Source of the DNA: Octopus vulgaris
Lineage: Eukaryota
Assembly (NCBI GenBank): GCA_951406725.2
Contig: OX597818.1
Location: 91,698,001-91,762,000, forward strand
Direction of reading: 5' to 3'
DNA: 64,000 bases
The notes below the pieces were generated by a model, which had not been told where the DNA came from, did no database searches, and saw nothing but the letters and a program-made list of their open reading frames with translations. This document shows positions 25,386-39,517 of the stretch, piece by piece; the stretch's first letter is position 1; each line of letters starts with the position of its first letter. Position numbers and translations under genes: made by a program.

Positions 25386-25550
25386 TTAGAAGTCGGTACG
25401 GCAGCGTCTCTTCAGGTAGTTGCACATCTTAGAGTGGTTCATAACGCGGTTCCTCAGTGCCATCAGTTTAGGGTAGCTGGTGAGCATGGATGGTTCATCC
25501 ATCAATGGGTTTTCAAGAGCGCAGTAGCACATCATATCAGCCATGGTCAT
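25386..25550 (-). CDS. S-crystallin gene B exon 6 (last coding exon)
   Basis: Acceptor ttttccAG; [54 protein letters not shown] then TAA. Confidence 0.96.
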   Translation of the reverse strand: MTMADMMCYCALENPLMDEPSMLTSYPKLMALRNRVMNHSKMCNYLKRRCRTDF

Positions 25551-25599
25551 CTGGAAAAGTGCGATACAAGAATACATATACATATGTAAATAAGGTGAT

Positions 25600-25690
<91 letters not shown>

Positions 25691-25845
25691 TAACCAAATT
25701 TTACAGTTATCCCTTTTTACCAGTGCAAAGATACAATTTCTATACAAGAACGTTTGAATAAAGAAAATTTTATAATCGAAAAATACAGAACACATCTAAA
25801 TATGCACGCATAACTAATTTTTATGTGTATATGTATATGTGTATA

Positions 25846-25897
<52 letters not shown>

Positions 25898-26939
25898 TTT
25901 TACCGCTACAGAAAGATGAACAATTATTTCCCCTGTCCACTCTAATAACGATAACCAATTACCTCACCTTAATTTTTCTACTTGTTGAATCATTCATTCA
26001 TGAACTCCAGGCACAACATGGACAAAGAACTTCTTCGGAAGAAAATACGTATTTAAATAAATATTGATATCATGATTAGCAAAAGCGAAGCCAGTCAAGA
26101 AAACAATATAAAACATCCGTTATACTATTGGTATAATTACCTATGTTGACCCTGGACATACATATACAAGCATATTATGCACATTAAAGGCAGTAATAAT
26201 GATAAACATGAGTTTATCCGTAATCAAATTTAAATTACACAGAAAATAGAGAAATATTGATCGACAACATTCGACTATCATCAATTATTACTTTTTGATA
26301 CAAATAGACTGCATCCTATCTAACAGCTGTTTCTTCTTATATTGTTAAACTGTATTGCCATTAAAATTCTGAAAATGATATTCATCATGTTTTGGTAATG
26401 CATCCGATCTGGAGCATGGAGCTTTATCAGAGTGAAGAAAAATACATACACAAAAGACAAGAAAAGAAAAAGAGCCTCGAGGCGAAGATGAAAGGCTTAA
26501 TATATTTAAATCGTACCATTTTGCATATTAAAAAGTAATATTTAATGTTAGTCGATTGATGTTGATTACTATGTCTTCGTTTTTCTGTGTACTTTAAATT
26601 TATGTGTGCTTGTGTGCGTGTCTACGTACATATGTAATATTTGATTTGATTTTGATTTTGATTTTAGTTTCAGCTCACGAGCTGTGGCCATGCTGGGGCA
26701 CAAAAAAAAGTCACTAGCTATAACGTCAAAGGTAGTTTATAGAAAGAGAAGGAGGAGAAAGTAAGAGAAAACTAATAGTCGTGAGATATAGAGTGATACG
26801 TGAATAGGAATAAAGCTTAAAGTCATGAAATATATATATTTAGTGGGAGTGAAATGTAACAAGGCACTCAAAGGTCGAATTTTATAGAATGGTAGAAATC
26901 ACTTATAGGAAGTACAGGTACGTTTCTGCCAATGCTTGC

Positions 26940-28140
26940 AACGATAAACGCGTAGTATAAACGTGTTTACAAGAGGATTCTCTGAGAAGAGGATGAAATA
27001 CATTTCACCGTTACAAAGCGGAGAAAAAGATTTAAATTATCAAACGGAAAAGATATAGAGAGAATATTCCTTTCCAAATCAAATTGTTTATTATGATCCT
27101 TTTGATACCAAATTAATGTACTAAGCGCAGTATTGTTATGTTTACTGATATGTCTAAATGTAGAGTAATCATTTGATATTCTTTTGGACAACTGAGATGA
27201 AGAACTACCTATATAAAAATATGCCAGAACAGGAACTAATTTTATTTTGATAAATATAGTTTCTAGCCTTAGAATTACTGCGTTTGGAGTCAACATCAGA
27301 AACACTAACACCGCTGCTATTATTATTTAAAGAATGGTTAGTGTTAACAAAATCAATGTTACTATTTTCATTAAGTGGATTTGTAGTCAACAAATTATTA
27401 TACGAAGAGTTGATTTGTGAAAGATTTTTTGTCTTAGGAAAACCTATCCTGATTCGGTGTGAATTAATAATCGAACGGAACTGGTAATGAAGGTTGTATT
27501 TGATCTGCTTACCATCTGGAATTATTAACCAAACAGTTTTACTAAGACATACCTTGTTATTAGGGTAATTATCTTTAGAAGTTCTCGATGTACCTTTATA
27601 ACGAAAAAAGTTTCTTAACGGTTATCGCCCTTACGATGCAGAATTACATTACGGGATTTGGCGTTGTTATTCGAAATAAAATTAATATTGTTAATATCGT
27701 TATGATTTGATTTCATGTCCAGATTAATAGAGCTAGAATTACTGTCAATGTAGGTAATTTTTCTTTATAGCCTACTTTAAGTAAGGCAGAGTTATAAAAT
27801 TTAGCTTTATCGTTGAAGATATCAACATTAGCTGATAATCCAGAAAGTCTAAGCGAAATATTCCTAACTACATACTTTGTAATAGCTTTAGAGTGATTAC
27901 TAAAAGAGCTAATATATTTTATATAAGTTGAGGGTTTATGGTATGGGAAATATGAATCATTATGCAAGTTAAGGGTAATATCGAAAAAGTTGGCTTTAGT
28001 CATATCATCGTCAAAAACAATGCCTAAGTCTACGTTTCGGGAAAATTTAATTAACCTATTCTTAACTAAACCTTTGTAATTTTTGGTTAGAAGCATTTTG
28101 AAGGTAGAGTCAACATTCATCACGATATAGACCAGTTCCC
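26940..28140 (-). mobile_element. Decayed Penelope-like element (RT thumb plus GIY-YIG) in intron 5 of gene B
   Basis: GLYRDE; NFFDITLNL..YFPYHKP..YISSFSNHSKAITK..ISLRLSGLS..FYNSAL..GY; NYIYQ..FYIGSSS..KRISN..TALS.LIW. Confidence 0.85.
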
Positions 28141-28547
28141 AAATATCAATGGAGGTCTATATCGTGATAATTGTCTACACTACCTTCAAAATGCTTCTAA
28201 CCAAAAATTACATAGGCTTAAGAATAGCTAATGCTTTTTGTGTTAATAAATGCAATACATTTCGAAGCAAAATGGATATGATCGCAGCTGTAATTCATGA
28301 AATCCACAGACGTATTTCGGGGTGTTTGAAGGTTGTCAATGTGTAGCTATTAATGAAAAGCAGGTAATAATACACCCACTGGGTTTCTTGAATGATTCCC
28401 GAATTGTAAATAATTCGTTGAACACAACTGAAATGATATTAAATCCAAATAGCCATCTGCATATCCTACTAAATGTGTATACATATTACATAGATATGCC
28501 ACCTTGGTTGTGCCCGGGAAAAATATCTCTAAACTATTTTTACTTAC

Positions 28548-28655
28548 CTGGTCTCCCAAGAAGTATTGGCTGCCGCCATTGTACATATCCAATGTCCTTT
28601 CCATGAAGGGAAGTATTCTGCGGCAGGTTTCCCTGTATCTCATTCGTTGTTCAGA
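28548..28655 (-). CDS. S-crystallin gene B exon 5
   Basis: Acceptor attatAG; [36 protein letters not shown]; donor GTAAGT; 108 nt. Confidence 0.96.
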
Positions 28656-28994
28656 CTATAATACAATAAGAAAATCAGAAAGAATGAAAGAAAGAAAGAA
28701 AGAAACAAACAAACAAATGGGGAGGAAGAAAGGAAAGAAAAAACGAAAGTAAGAATTGAAAGGAAGAAAAGAAATGAAATTAAGGAAATTAAGGAAGGAA
28801 GGTAGGAAAATGAAATGAACTAAAGGGAGAAAGAAAGGAAGAAAGAAATTAAATGAAAGAAAGAAACGAGACAAATCGAAAAGAGAATGTTTCAAATGGA
28901 TTACTTTGTCTATCCGGGCTATCTCATCCGCATGTTGTAATTCGTATCGTGTGAAGTCAACTATCAGAATTAGATATAATTATTATGGGTGAAA

Positions 28995-29040
28995 TATCTA
29001 TATGTAATCTTATCTATATGTAATCTTATCTATATGTAAT
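28995..29040. repeat. 16-bp tandem repeat, about 3 copies (TATCTATATGTAATCT)
   Basis: Directly visible; intron 4 of gene B. Confidence 0.9.
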
Positions 29041-29086
29041 TAATGCGTACAAAAGACTGGATTTAGTCAAAATGATTTATGTAATA

Positions 29087-29305
29087 TACAAAGATATGCT
29101 GAAAAGTTCCTCGTCTTTGGGTATAAGAAAATACAGGAGCATCTGTCTGTTATGATATTATTCAACATAGTACCCTCTCAGATTCATGCATCTATTGTAG
29201 CAGTCCTTAAGTTTTTCTTAGCCCTGTTAATGAACTTCGAAGATTGGACATCCAACCAGGCCTTTCGCGACACCCTAAAGGCAGTAACATTTCAACACCC
29301 TTCAT
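29087..29305 (-). mobile_element. Mariner-derived MITE in intron 4 of gene B
   Basis: Degenerate TIRs (tgctgaaaagttcct / acatttcaacacccttcata); internal part is the reverse complement of 20040-20195. Confidence 0.55.
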
Positions 29306-30483
29306 AAATATTCCCGTAGCTAAGACAGCTATCTATGAACGGTAAAATTCGCAAGTAATATGTTATTGCCTATATTTGATAGCCAATTAAGCAAACTGAG
29401 ATGATGTTGATTAAAACTTTCAGTCCTCTTATATGATAAAGCACTAGCGTTTATGTTCAACACTTTCTGTATACGCTTACTTCATATGTGCTTACATCTA
29501 AAGAAGTAAATAAAAAGCAGGACACAATGTACGTCAAACTTATCTCAATATATCTCGCATATCTGTCAAATAAGCGTAGTTTCGAGAACCAAACTTATAC
29601 CTCTACCCTAAATGTTCTCCCCTTGCTTAAAGACAAGGATTTTAAGAGAAGGTGACCGAGATATTAAATACCGAAATCCACTTAGCAATAAGGTAGCTAA
29701 ATATATGAGCCGAATGAATGACAGATCCTTAGCTTCCATGCACTCATTATCTGCAAGAGTCTTTGTTATGCCAACCAATAATTTCTAAAGGGCACTATAT
29801 TCAATTAGGTTACAATAAATAGTGAGCGATTAACCAGTTGTGAACTCTTCAAGGGATTGACATAATATATTTTGATGTAATATACATATACATATGCAAT
29901 CGGAGAAATGCCGGAGAAATGAATACTCAACATAGTACTGAATAATAAAATATTTTTTCTATGGAGTCACTCTCTTGCTACTCTGAATTTTATCTGTAAT
30001 TATACAGGCAATATCTACGGCAGTAGTTGAGAAAAATAATCACGCTTTGTAAGAAGGTAATTTGTTCTATCAAATGAGTTATGATTTCTCTAGTAATTGG
30101 AATTGTATCAGCAGAATGCAGTTCACAATAGTCACGCACTTAAATATGAAATATTCCAGAACAATTCTTATCAATATTAGTTACGAGCAAGGCGGCAAGC
30201 TAATAGAAACTTTAGCACGCCGGGAAAAATCCTTAGTGACATTTCGATCGTCCTTACGTTTGAAGTTCAAAATACGCGGAAGTATACTTCACCTATCACC
30301 CCTTCGGGGTTGACAAGATAGATCCCAGTTAGGCACTGGATCTGTATAATCGGCAATATCCCTCCCTCGAACCTGTTCCTTTGTGTCATAATTTCACACT
30401 GATATTACTGACGAACTAAATCATACGAGTCTCTTCCTGCAAACGAAAAGCTGGTGTACAAAGTAGAATATTAGCGTACTTAC

Positions 30484-30513
30484 TGAGGTATTCATGTCTC
30501 TTGATCTCTGAAA
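30484..30513 (-). CDS. S-crystallin gene B exon 4 (30-nt microexon, S-crystallin-specific loop)
   Basis: Acceptor gtttcAG; FQRSRDMNTS; donor GTAAGT; phase 0-0; homologous to 62827-62856. Confidence 0.93.
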
Positions 30514-30644
30514 CTGAAACATAAAATAATATAGAAATGATTTGATACACATACATTACTATGATTGTTCATATAAAGGATAGAAATATGCAGAATACTT
30601 ATAATAGTATTTATATTTATAATAATATTTGTAATATATATATA

Positions 30645-30705
<61 letters not shown>

Positions 30706-30891
30706 GTGTGTATGTGTGTGTAACGAATAAGGAGAAAATGGAGAGTTAATTGATAAAAGTATTGATTAATTGTGAAATATGACAACGTTTCTAACAGCTG
30801 TTTTGATTCAGAAATCTTTAGATAATTAATTTATAAAATTAAAATCATAATAAGGATATACCGATTAATGAGGTTTATTACCTTTACTTGA

Positions 30892-31002
<111 letters not shown>

Positions 31003-31924
31003 GTCCTTTCTGAGAGATAGATTCATAAGGCCGAGTAGCCGTATTCCGTGGCATATAATTACACCATGCTAGGGCGTCTGTCACAATATTAATCACTTTT
31101 GCCATCTGAGTCAAGTGGAATAAACCCCGTTCTATGAACCAAAACCAGAATCTCACGGGTGCCGTACACAAACCACTAAGCCGCGTGTGCCGCTCCTAAC
31201 TCCCTCTCTCTCCGTCTCTCTCCGTCTCTCTCTTTCTGTACATATACGTTTATGTATATATATATATAAATTTATATGTATACACGCACATATTTCTATA
31301 TTTGTATGTATATATGTATGTATGTATGCATGTATATATGCATGTATATGTATGCATGTATATGCATGTATGTTCGTGTGTGTTAATTTTATACGCTGAC
31401 ACTGTTTTTGAATCTGGCGCTAGCTTTTTAACGGCTACAAAGCACGACGAATCGAGCAAAGATTTTAAACCTATGTGTATAATGAGACCTGCTGATGAGA
31501 ATTAAGGGAGATAAGCTCTCAAAATTTGAAATCAGTTGATCCAGGAATATATACTTTACTCATTCTACGGCTTTCTACCGAGATGGTAAATTAATTTCTT
31601 TGCTCGTAGACCTCTTCCTGTTGTACTTGTTATTTTACCAGTGATTGGTGGTTTTCTAGAACAATTTTTCGACTCTAATTTTCACAAGAATACTGCACCA
31701 TGTGTGCGCTATTATGATTATAAATTAATTATAAAATTTACGATTTGCCATTTATTGACTTTTGCTTGTTGGCCACATATATTGTTGTTGTTATTATTCA
31801 TTTTACTAATGATAATAATTAATAAGAATATCTATATAAATATTTTCGAATATCTATTCATTTAGTAATTTTATATATATACATATAGTTTGTATGTATA
31901 TCTATGGGTGTATATATATATATG

Positions 31925-31989
<65 letters not shown>

Positions 31990-33032
31990 GTGTGAGTTTA
32001 TGTTTAGGCATTTCTTGATTAAATTGTAAGTTGTGCTTTGTGAATTTCTTTATAAATATTAATGAAAACCACTAGTCTTACAAGCTGAAGCAAGTGATTC
32101 AAGAAATGTATATTGCCATCCGCAAGGGGCTCTGATATTTGAATTTCTGGAGGCAGTGTTGTAAATTATATATTTCTAAGAAATATTTTTATTTTTTAAT
32201 TACATATATATATTTTTTAATTTCTCGTTCGAAAGATATGGCAACACGCAACACTCTCAGGTTGTACGTCATTAATAAACCTGTAATTGCAAATAGTAGT
32301 GTGAAATACGGTTTCATGGTAAAAGTGTGCTAAATAATGAGGAAATATTGCCTCATAGAGGAAATTTAAATTTAATATTATATCAACTGATGAAAGTGGT
32401 CTCTTGGCAAAGGAGGCGTGAAAGAGTAGTTGCATTTATTCAAACAACGCACAATAAAATATATAGCGAGTCGATGCTCTCTGATAATTCAAATTACAAT
32501 GCCGTTTGAAATATACACCGTCACTTACATACATACTTACATAAATTCATACATACATACACTGCCTAAACATCAATTTCGACAAATTAAGCTCCTAAAA
32601 TCTAGAAAGGAGAAAGATGATTCTAAGACTACAGATCCAAGTCATCGCTGGAACTGTAAAAATCGGTAAAACTTTCCAGGAGTTGATCATTTAAGTATAT
32701 ATGGGGATGTCAAGATATGCAAGCATATACATGAGAAGACATACATAAAGCAAAACATACAAATCTGCACATATACATACGTACGTACGTATATACATAC
32801 ATGCATACATACATACATACATGCACGTATACATACATACATACATACATACATACATACATACATACATACATACAAATATACTGACGTATATCGTATT
32901 TTAAAACATTATGTGTCTTTAAAGGGAATTCACATGTGAGAGCAACACCATTGTCCTGCACCGATAATCTCTCTTTCCCTCTCTCTCTCTCTTTTCTCTG
33001 TCTCTCTTTCTTTCTCTTTCTCCCTCTCCCTG

Positions 33033-33066
<34 letters not shown>

Positions 33067-33200
33067 CGTGTGTTTTATGTATGTATGCATTTATGTATGT
33101 ATGTATGTATATATACACTACATAGAGTCCTAAATATTGGTTGTATTTATGTGTACGTATGCAATATAATATGATATAATATAATACAAAATATATGCAC

Positions 33201-33243
<43 letters not shown>

Positions 33244-34645
33244 CGTGTGTGTGTGTGTGTGTGTGCGTGCGTATCTATGTATATATGTATGTATACAGCG
33301 ATGTGGTTATTCAAGTAAAGTCAGTGTTTATGAAATTTTCAATTATTCCTAAAGAAAATATGTTCTTCATTGAGTAAGAGCAGCAAATATTTTCGTGTTC
33401 ATTTTGGTTACAACAATAGCAAAAGCATTTTCTCAAAATCAACAAAAACGTTTTTGGTGATTCCGGTGCAAGTTTTGGTGATTGTTTGATGTTTCAGTGT
33501 TTATTTGAAATATTTCCGTAAACACTGGTAAAAAATTATAAATAATAATTTCCGTTGTCAGTTAGTAAATACAAATATCTTGTTTCATTTGTATTTTATA
33601 TCAAGATACTTTGATTGAATGTGTATGTGTATATGTATAAGTTGAATTAATTAGTTAATTAAATAATAAATTAGTGATATAAAATTATAATGCCATGAAG
33701 TTCTAATTATAAGCTACCAAAATACTGTACATATGATGAACATTTGTTAAGTTCAAATTCAGATTAATTGCGAAGATAAAATGCAAGTTAACATGAAATG
33801 TCGTGGCTAACATTGCACATAATTTATCAATTTAATAATTCAGCAAGACACACATATAACTATTGAAAACAAATAGTTCATTGCTGATCGTTTATTCTAT
33901 ACCGCTCGATAGCAACAATATGCATACGTGGCTGGATTGTTTAATTGAAACCCTACACAGCCCACATAAACTAACAGTGATTTTTTAAAAGATTACTGCT
34001 ATTAATAACAAAGATGTGTTTATAGGCGTCACCAAAAATAAATGAAAAGAAAAAGGAAAGAAAAACAAAAGCAATTTTAGAAAGTCTTGTTTCCACCGCT
34101 ACAGAGCCGACACCAAACCTTCATTTTCTACACCAGTATTTTACATTCTATGATTGATATAGTAGCCCCTTTGGAGAGTCGGGTTTTCAACTCAACACAA
34201 CATTCAGGAATAAGCCTATTGTTTATTATTTTTCTCCTTTTTTTTCCCCAAAAAACAGAATTTCTACTGCAATGTCTGGTTAGCAACCCTACACATTGCA
34301 CACTAAATGACCATCTTTACCTTTCTTCTATTGGTAATTAACATACACTTCTTGTAGTCAGTAAAACAGATCCACTCTTAGAATGTTTATCTGTGTTGAA
34401 AGTCTCTCAAGAGATTAACTAATATCTAACTGATCTTTCGTGCTGTAGTGTTGAAGTGTTTCCGCTGCTTCCAACCAAGTGCTATGTGTATATATATTTA
34501 GCCTGTATATACATACACATATACGTCTATCTGAGTGTATTAATATATGAACTTGTATGCACATGAATATATATATATGTATGTATATATATATGTGTGT
34601 ATATGTATACATACATATATATGTATAAATATCATGATATATTTC

Positions 34646-34688
<43 letters not shown>

Positions 34689-34743
34689 TACATATATATA
34701 TATATATCATATATATATATGTATGCATATATATATATACAGG

Positions 34744-34781
<38 letters not shown>

Positions 34782-34994
34782 GTGTGTATGTGTGTATCAT
34801 GATATATTTCCTATATATATATATATTAGTGTGTGGGTGTGTGCGTGCGTGCGTGTTTGTGTGTAAGTATGTTCACGTTTGGCTACTATCTTTGGAATAT
34901 TTAGCAAATAAACTAACACATTATTATCTCTACGTTTTTAACGATTGTGACTCTATCTCTTAGAATGACAATTCTTAAAGTATTCAACGCTTAC

Positions 34995-35110
34995 CATCAT
35001 TCTGTAGTTACCGTCTTGGTACATTCTCATGTAATCGTCCAAGATGTCATAGAAGCAGTCTGAGATGAAGTCAACTCTGGCCATCTCCATGTTGTTTCTG
35101 CCATGGAAAC
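34995..35110 (-). CDS. S-crystallin gene B exon 3
   Basis: Acceptor ttctatAG; (G)[38 protein letters not shown]; donor GTAAGC; 116 nt. Confidence 0.96.
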
Positions 35111-36495
35111 CTATAGAAATTAGTTAAAATAAAATATGGTGATAATAAAAATAACCCTTTATAAAATAGGCAGAGTGCCTGAAATTTTAGGGGGGAGGGG
35201 AACTTAGGCAGTTATGAAATGCTATCAAAACCAAACGGCTAAGAAAACTAACGAAATAAGTCTTATTTCATCAGGGCAATACTACAGCACATACGTTCTT
35301 GCTTTCAATGGCTACAATGAATGACTCTGACTTTGGAATATTTGTTATAATTTCGCCCCGTCTGGCAATCATTTGTTCCTCAAGGGGAAAAATACTTGGC
35401 TAGCAACAAGTATCACAGTATCGATGGCGTCATATCTGTTACTGATAACGTTTTTAACCTTCAGGATGAATGTTTTTTCACCAATTGGATCTAAGCACTG
35501 CAAAACCATTGGGAGATGTTTGTTGCCCTCAAGAGGAGCTATGTTGCAAAATAGACCTCATTTGGTCACATCCCATGACAGTATCTTGGTCAGCCTATGA
35601 ACTTTTCAGCCGACCATCGTTTGAAGGTTTGAAGGAAGGATTAAAACGAGGCCTAATATAAAAGAAAGTGTGTTTATTTGCCATGGATGTAAGAATGTAA
35701 TTTGAGTCCAAGTCACGGATTTTGCTATAATGATGGTAATAATTATGATGGCACAAAGCCAGCTATTTTGAGGGGAAATGCAAGGCGATTACATTCATTA
35801 CTGAACATTACTGGTAATTATTTTCTTGATATGGAAAGGGTGAACTACAAAGTCAGCTTTGATGGAATTTAAACGCAGATTGCAAATAGCCAGAAGAAAT
35901 GCCACCGAGCGTTTTCTCCGATGCCTTAACGATTCTGACAGATTGCCGCCTAGATGATAATGGTGATGATGTTGGTGGTAGTGGTGGTTGTTGTTGTTGT
36001 TGTTTTTGTTAAGCAACAAACGGGTAAGGGTGATTAGGTGATGGTCTAGGGCTTAGAGGCGGGAGACCCCAGACCTTGGAAAAAAAACTTTTGTCATCTT
36101 GTTGTAGTCGAAGACTCTTCATTGACGCCCGACACCAATGGGAGGTAGCCCTCGAAGTTGCTGGAAATGGAGATCTCCAGGTCCAAATTCTTGAACGGCG
36201 GTGGTACTGGTGTTGGTGGTGTTGGTGGTGGTGGTGGTGGTGATATTGATGAAGATGTACTTGTAGATGATGAACGGTATGTGTGGATATATTCATACGA
36301 AAATTGTAGGTGCATACAAGAATTTCTTTTGATGAATTATAATTACAGCTTGGTTTTAATTAGTACAGTGCTTTCATACTAATACACTTCACAATATTTG
36401 TATGAAAGCAGAATATAAGCGTAATAAATCATAAATATTTCTAAACGATTGACTTTAACTTTTAAAATCTGCATGCAACATGTAATTCTCCTTAC

Positions 36496-36591
36496 CGAAT
36501 TCTCTAGCCAAATACCTAGCCATAGCCATACTCTGGGGAATCTGGGTCCTGTTGTCCAATTCCAACATTGGCATCATGGAGCAAGGCATCT
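36496..36591 (-). CDS. S-crystallin gene B exon 2
   Basis: Acceptor tctttccAG; (Q)[31 protein letters not shown](G); donor GTAAGG; 96 nt. Confidence 0.96.
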
Positions 36592-38089
36592 CTGGAAAGA
36601 AACAGTGAAAACAATTGTGTTATTTTTACATTGGTTGCTATTAATTGAAATCAATAAAATCAATTACATTGATTTTACTAATTGATAGGTATCTTCTGCA
36701 TCAATAATGGAAGGATGAAATTTAAAACCACGCCAATCAGATTTCAACTGAGAACTAATTACTGCACTTAACTGAAACCCTGACATTCATTATACTGAAT
36801 AATGATAAGTCTTTCAAAGTTTTGGCACAAAGGCGCTAATTTTAAGAAGAGGGGGCAAGTTGATTATATCCACCCCAATACCTGACGTTATTATATCAAC
36901 AGCGTACGCATGGATGACAAAGTTGGCATAGGAGGAATTTGAACTCAGAACGTCCTGGGCTGGAAAAAAATACCACTAAGCATTTTGTCCTAGCACAAAC
37001 GATTCTTTCAGCTGACCGTCTAGCAATGACTGATAATTATTAGAATTTCAACGCGAGATTTTACAGGGTACAGCTATAGTTTTCTGTAATTCCTTCATAT
37101 ATAGAGTACCGGACCACAAATCTGGTTGCCTGAAATCCTGGAATAATATACAATAACATGCAATATGCTGTAAATACTTTTGCTATTTACCTTTTTAACA
37201 GAATTGGTTAGGATTAAACACACTCTGCTATAGTGGTGCATTATTTTCCTTATATGCCTGTTAAATAAATTCTGTTTTTGTTTGTTTGTTTAATGTCTTT
37301 CCAAAAAACTTTATATATGATACACAGTATTTTATATTTTAAGATTTTTATGTGGATTGATAAATATCAAACAAAATCTGCTTTGGAAATGTATTAATTT
37401 GAATCAGTTAAATGCAATTTACTTTTTATGAATTATTTTATATTTTTAGTATACTTGGAACGTTTCTAGAAAGCCAGAAAATACAGAATTGGTCCGGAAT
37501 TGCAAAATGTTTATGACAAATTCTTTATAGAGGGGATATTTAAATATATTCGAATTTAATACACTTGTGTATTTTATTGTTACCTGAAAAATGAAATAAA
37601 TAATTGACACTAAAAATATACGAACGCAGAAATGAGGGAGCTACAGACAGCAATAAGTTTTTTCATCGTTCTAACGATGGTATGAAACAGCGCTATTGAA
37701 AGTGGATTCTGTAATACCAGTCAAGCACTGGTGTCGACTTAATGGACTCCAGTATTAGACTGGTATTACATTTTGTAGGATACGGCGGTATGAAACACCA
37801 AGTTGACACTGGAATGTTTCAATTCATAATCAGAATGTAAAGGGAGGTAACTATAGACTGCAATGCAATATTTCCGATTCTTCAATTTTGTAATTCATGA
37901 AATGGGAATTCTTATAATAATTTCTAAATAAGGAAGAAGGCAGGAAATTTTCGGGCTCTTGATTCCATCGATTACAGTATTTAATGATGCATAATTTCAT
38001 CGAATTTATCATGAATTTACAAACAATATGAACCTCGATGGGATTCCAAGTATCCATACCAATACTACAAAGTGTTTTTATCGATGTTC

Positions 38090-39167
38090 TAATTTCTTTA
38101 CTGCCCACAAGGGGCTACACTCAGTGGAGACAAACAAGGAGAGACAAAGGGATTAAGTCGATTACAACGACCTTAGTGCGTAACTGGTACTTGTTTAATC
38201 GACCCGAAAGGATGAAAGGCAAAGTCGACCTCGGCGGAATTTGAACTCAGAATGTAGCGCAAACGAAATAGCGCAAAGCATTTCGCCCGGCGTGCTAACG
38301 TTTCTGCTAGCTCCGATGTCCTATCGATTTTACAAGCTCACGCCGTTATAGTGGTTTCTAGTAGAGGGTCAGCAATCTTGATAGAAGAAGTTAGTTGATC
38401 ACGTCGAACGCAGTACGTGAAGGGTTCTTTATTTTATCGAATCCAACCAAGGAAACACGAAGTTAATTCTAATAGGATTTGAACTCCGAGCAGATGGAGC
38501 CACAAAACAATCCGCTTAGCAATTTGTCCGACGCGCTAACGATTCCGTCAGAGCGCCGTTCATGGTTTCTAACTTGGGCAGAAGGAGAACAGTTTTTACG
38601 ATAAATGTCCGATCGGTACTACTGACCCAGAACTTCATTTGCTCTTCATTTTATCAATATTAGAGTCATCAAAAACAAAGTTGACCTTTGCGGTTTTGAA
38701 TTAAAAACGCAAAAAGCCGAAACACAAATTAGAAAATAGTTTTCCCTCCTTCTCACTTCACTTATTGCTTTTATAAAAGTAATAATAATTATAATCTGTT
38801 CTACAATAGGCACAAAACGCCTGGATTTTGTGGGAGATGGATTGTCGATCACATAGAACCTAGTACTCAACTAGTACTTTATTATCGACACCGAAGGATG
38901 AAAAGCAAAGTTGACCGCGGCGGAATTTGAACTCAGAACATAATGGCAGGCGACACACCGTTAAGCATTTCACCCGGCGTACTAACAATTCAGCCAGCTC
39001 GCCACCTTAAAGTAATAATGATAATAATGGTCTCAAACTTTGGCGGAAGGCCAACAGTTTTGGAAGGAAAGTCGACCACAGAGGAATCTGAACTTAGAAC
39101 GTAAAGATGGACGAAATAGCTGTTAAGCATTTCATCGGCGAGTTAAAGATTCTGCCAGCTTGCCGCC

Positions 39168-39209
<42 letters not shown>

Positions 39210-39420
39210 GTTTCAAATTTTTCTATAAAGGTAGCCATTTGTGGGGTTAGAAAGTGTCGATTACATCGACTTCAGTGTTCAAATGGTACCTATTTTATCG
39301 ACCTCAAACGATAAAAGTTAAATTGGTATCCGGAGGAAATTGAAATTGGGACGTGAAGACGAATGACATGAAGCTGAGCATTCTCCCCGTCCTGCTAACA
39401 ATTCTGTCAGCTCACCACCT
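38090..39420 (-). mobile_element. Cluster of 4-5 co-oriented SINE type 1 copies in intron 1 of gene B
   Basis: Recurrent ggaatttgaactcagaa..aagcatttc..gctaacgattctgccagctc separated by (AAT)n. Confidence 0.75.
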
Positions 39421-39517
39421 TAATAATGATAGTAATAATAACGATAATAACAGTAATAGTAATAATGATAATGATGATGGTGATGATGATAATGATAATA
39501 AGTAGAAGTATTCTTAC

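Noticed and set aside
31489-31525. Hammerhead at CTGATGA..ctctcaaaa
   Set aside because: GAAA box mutated and stems do not pair convincingly.
36050-36200. Possible alternative exon in intron 2 of gene B (PPFKNLDLEISISSNFEGYLP...)
   Set aside because: No similarity to S-crystallin, flanked by simple repeats; more likely an old retroelement fragment.
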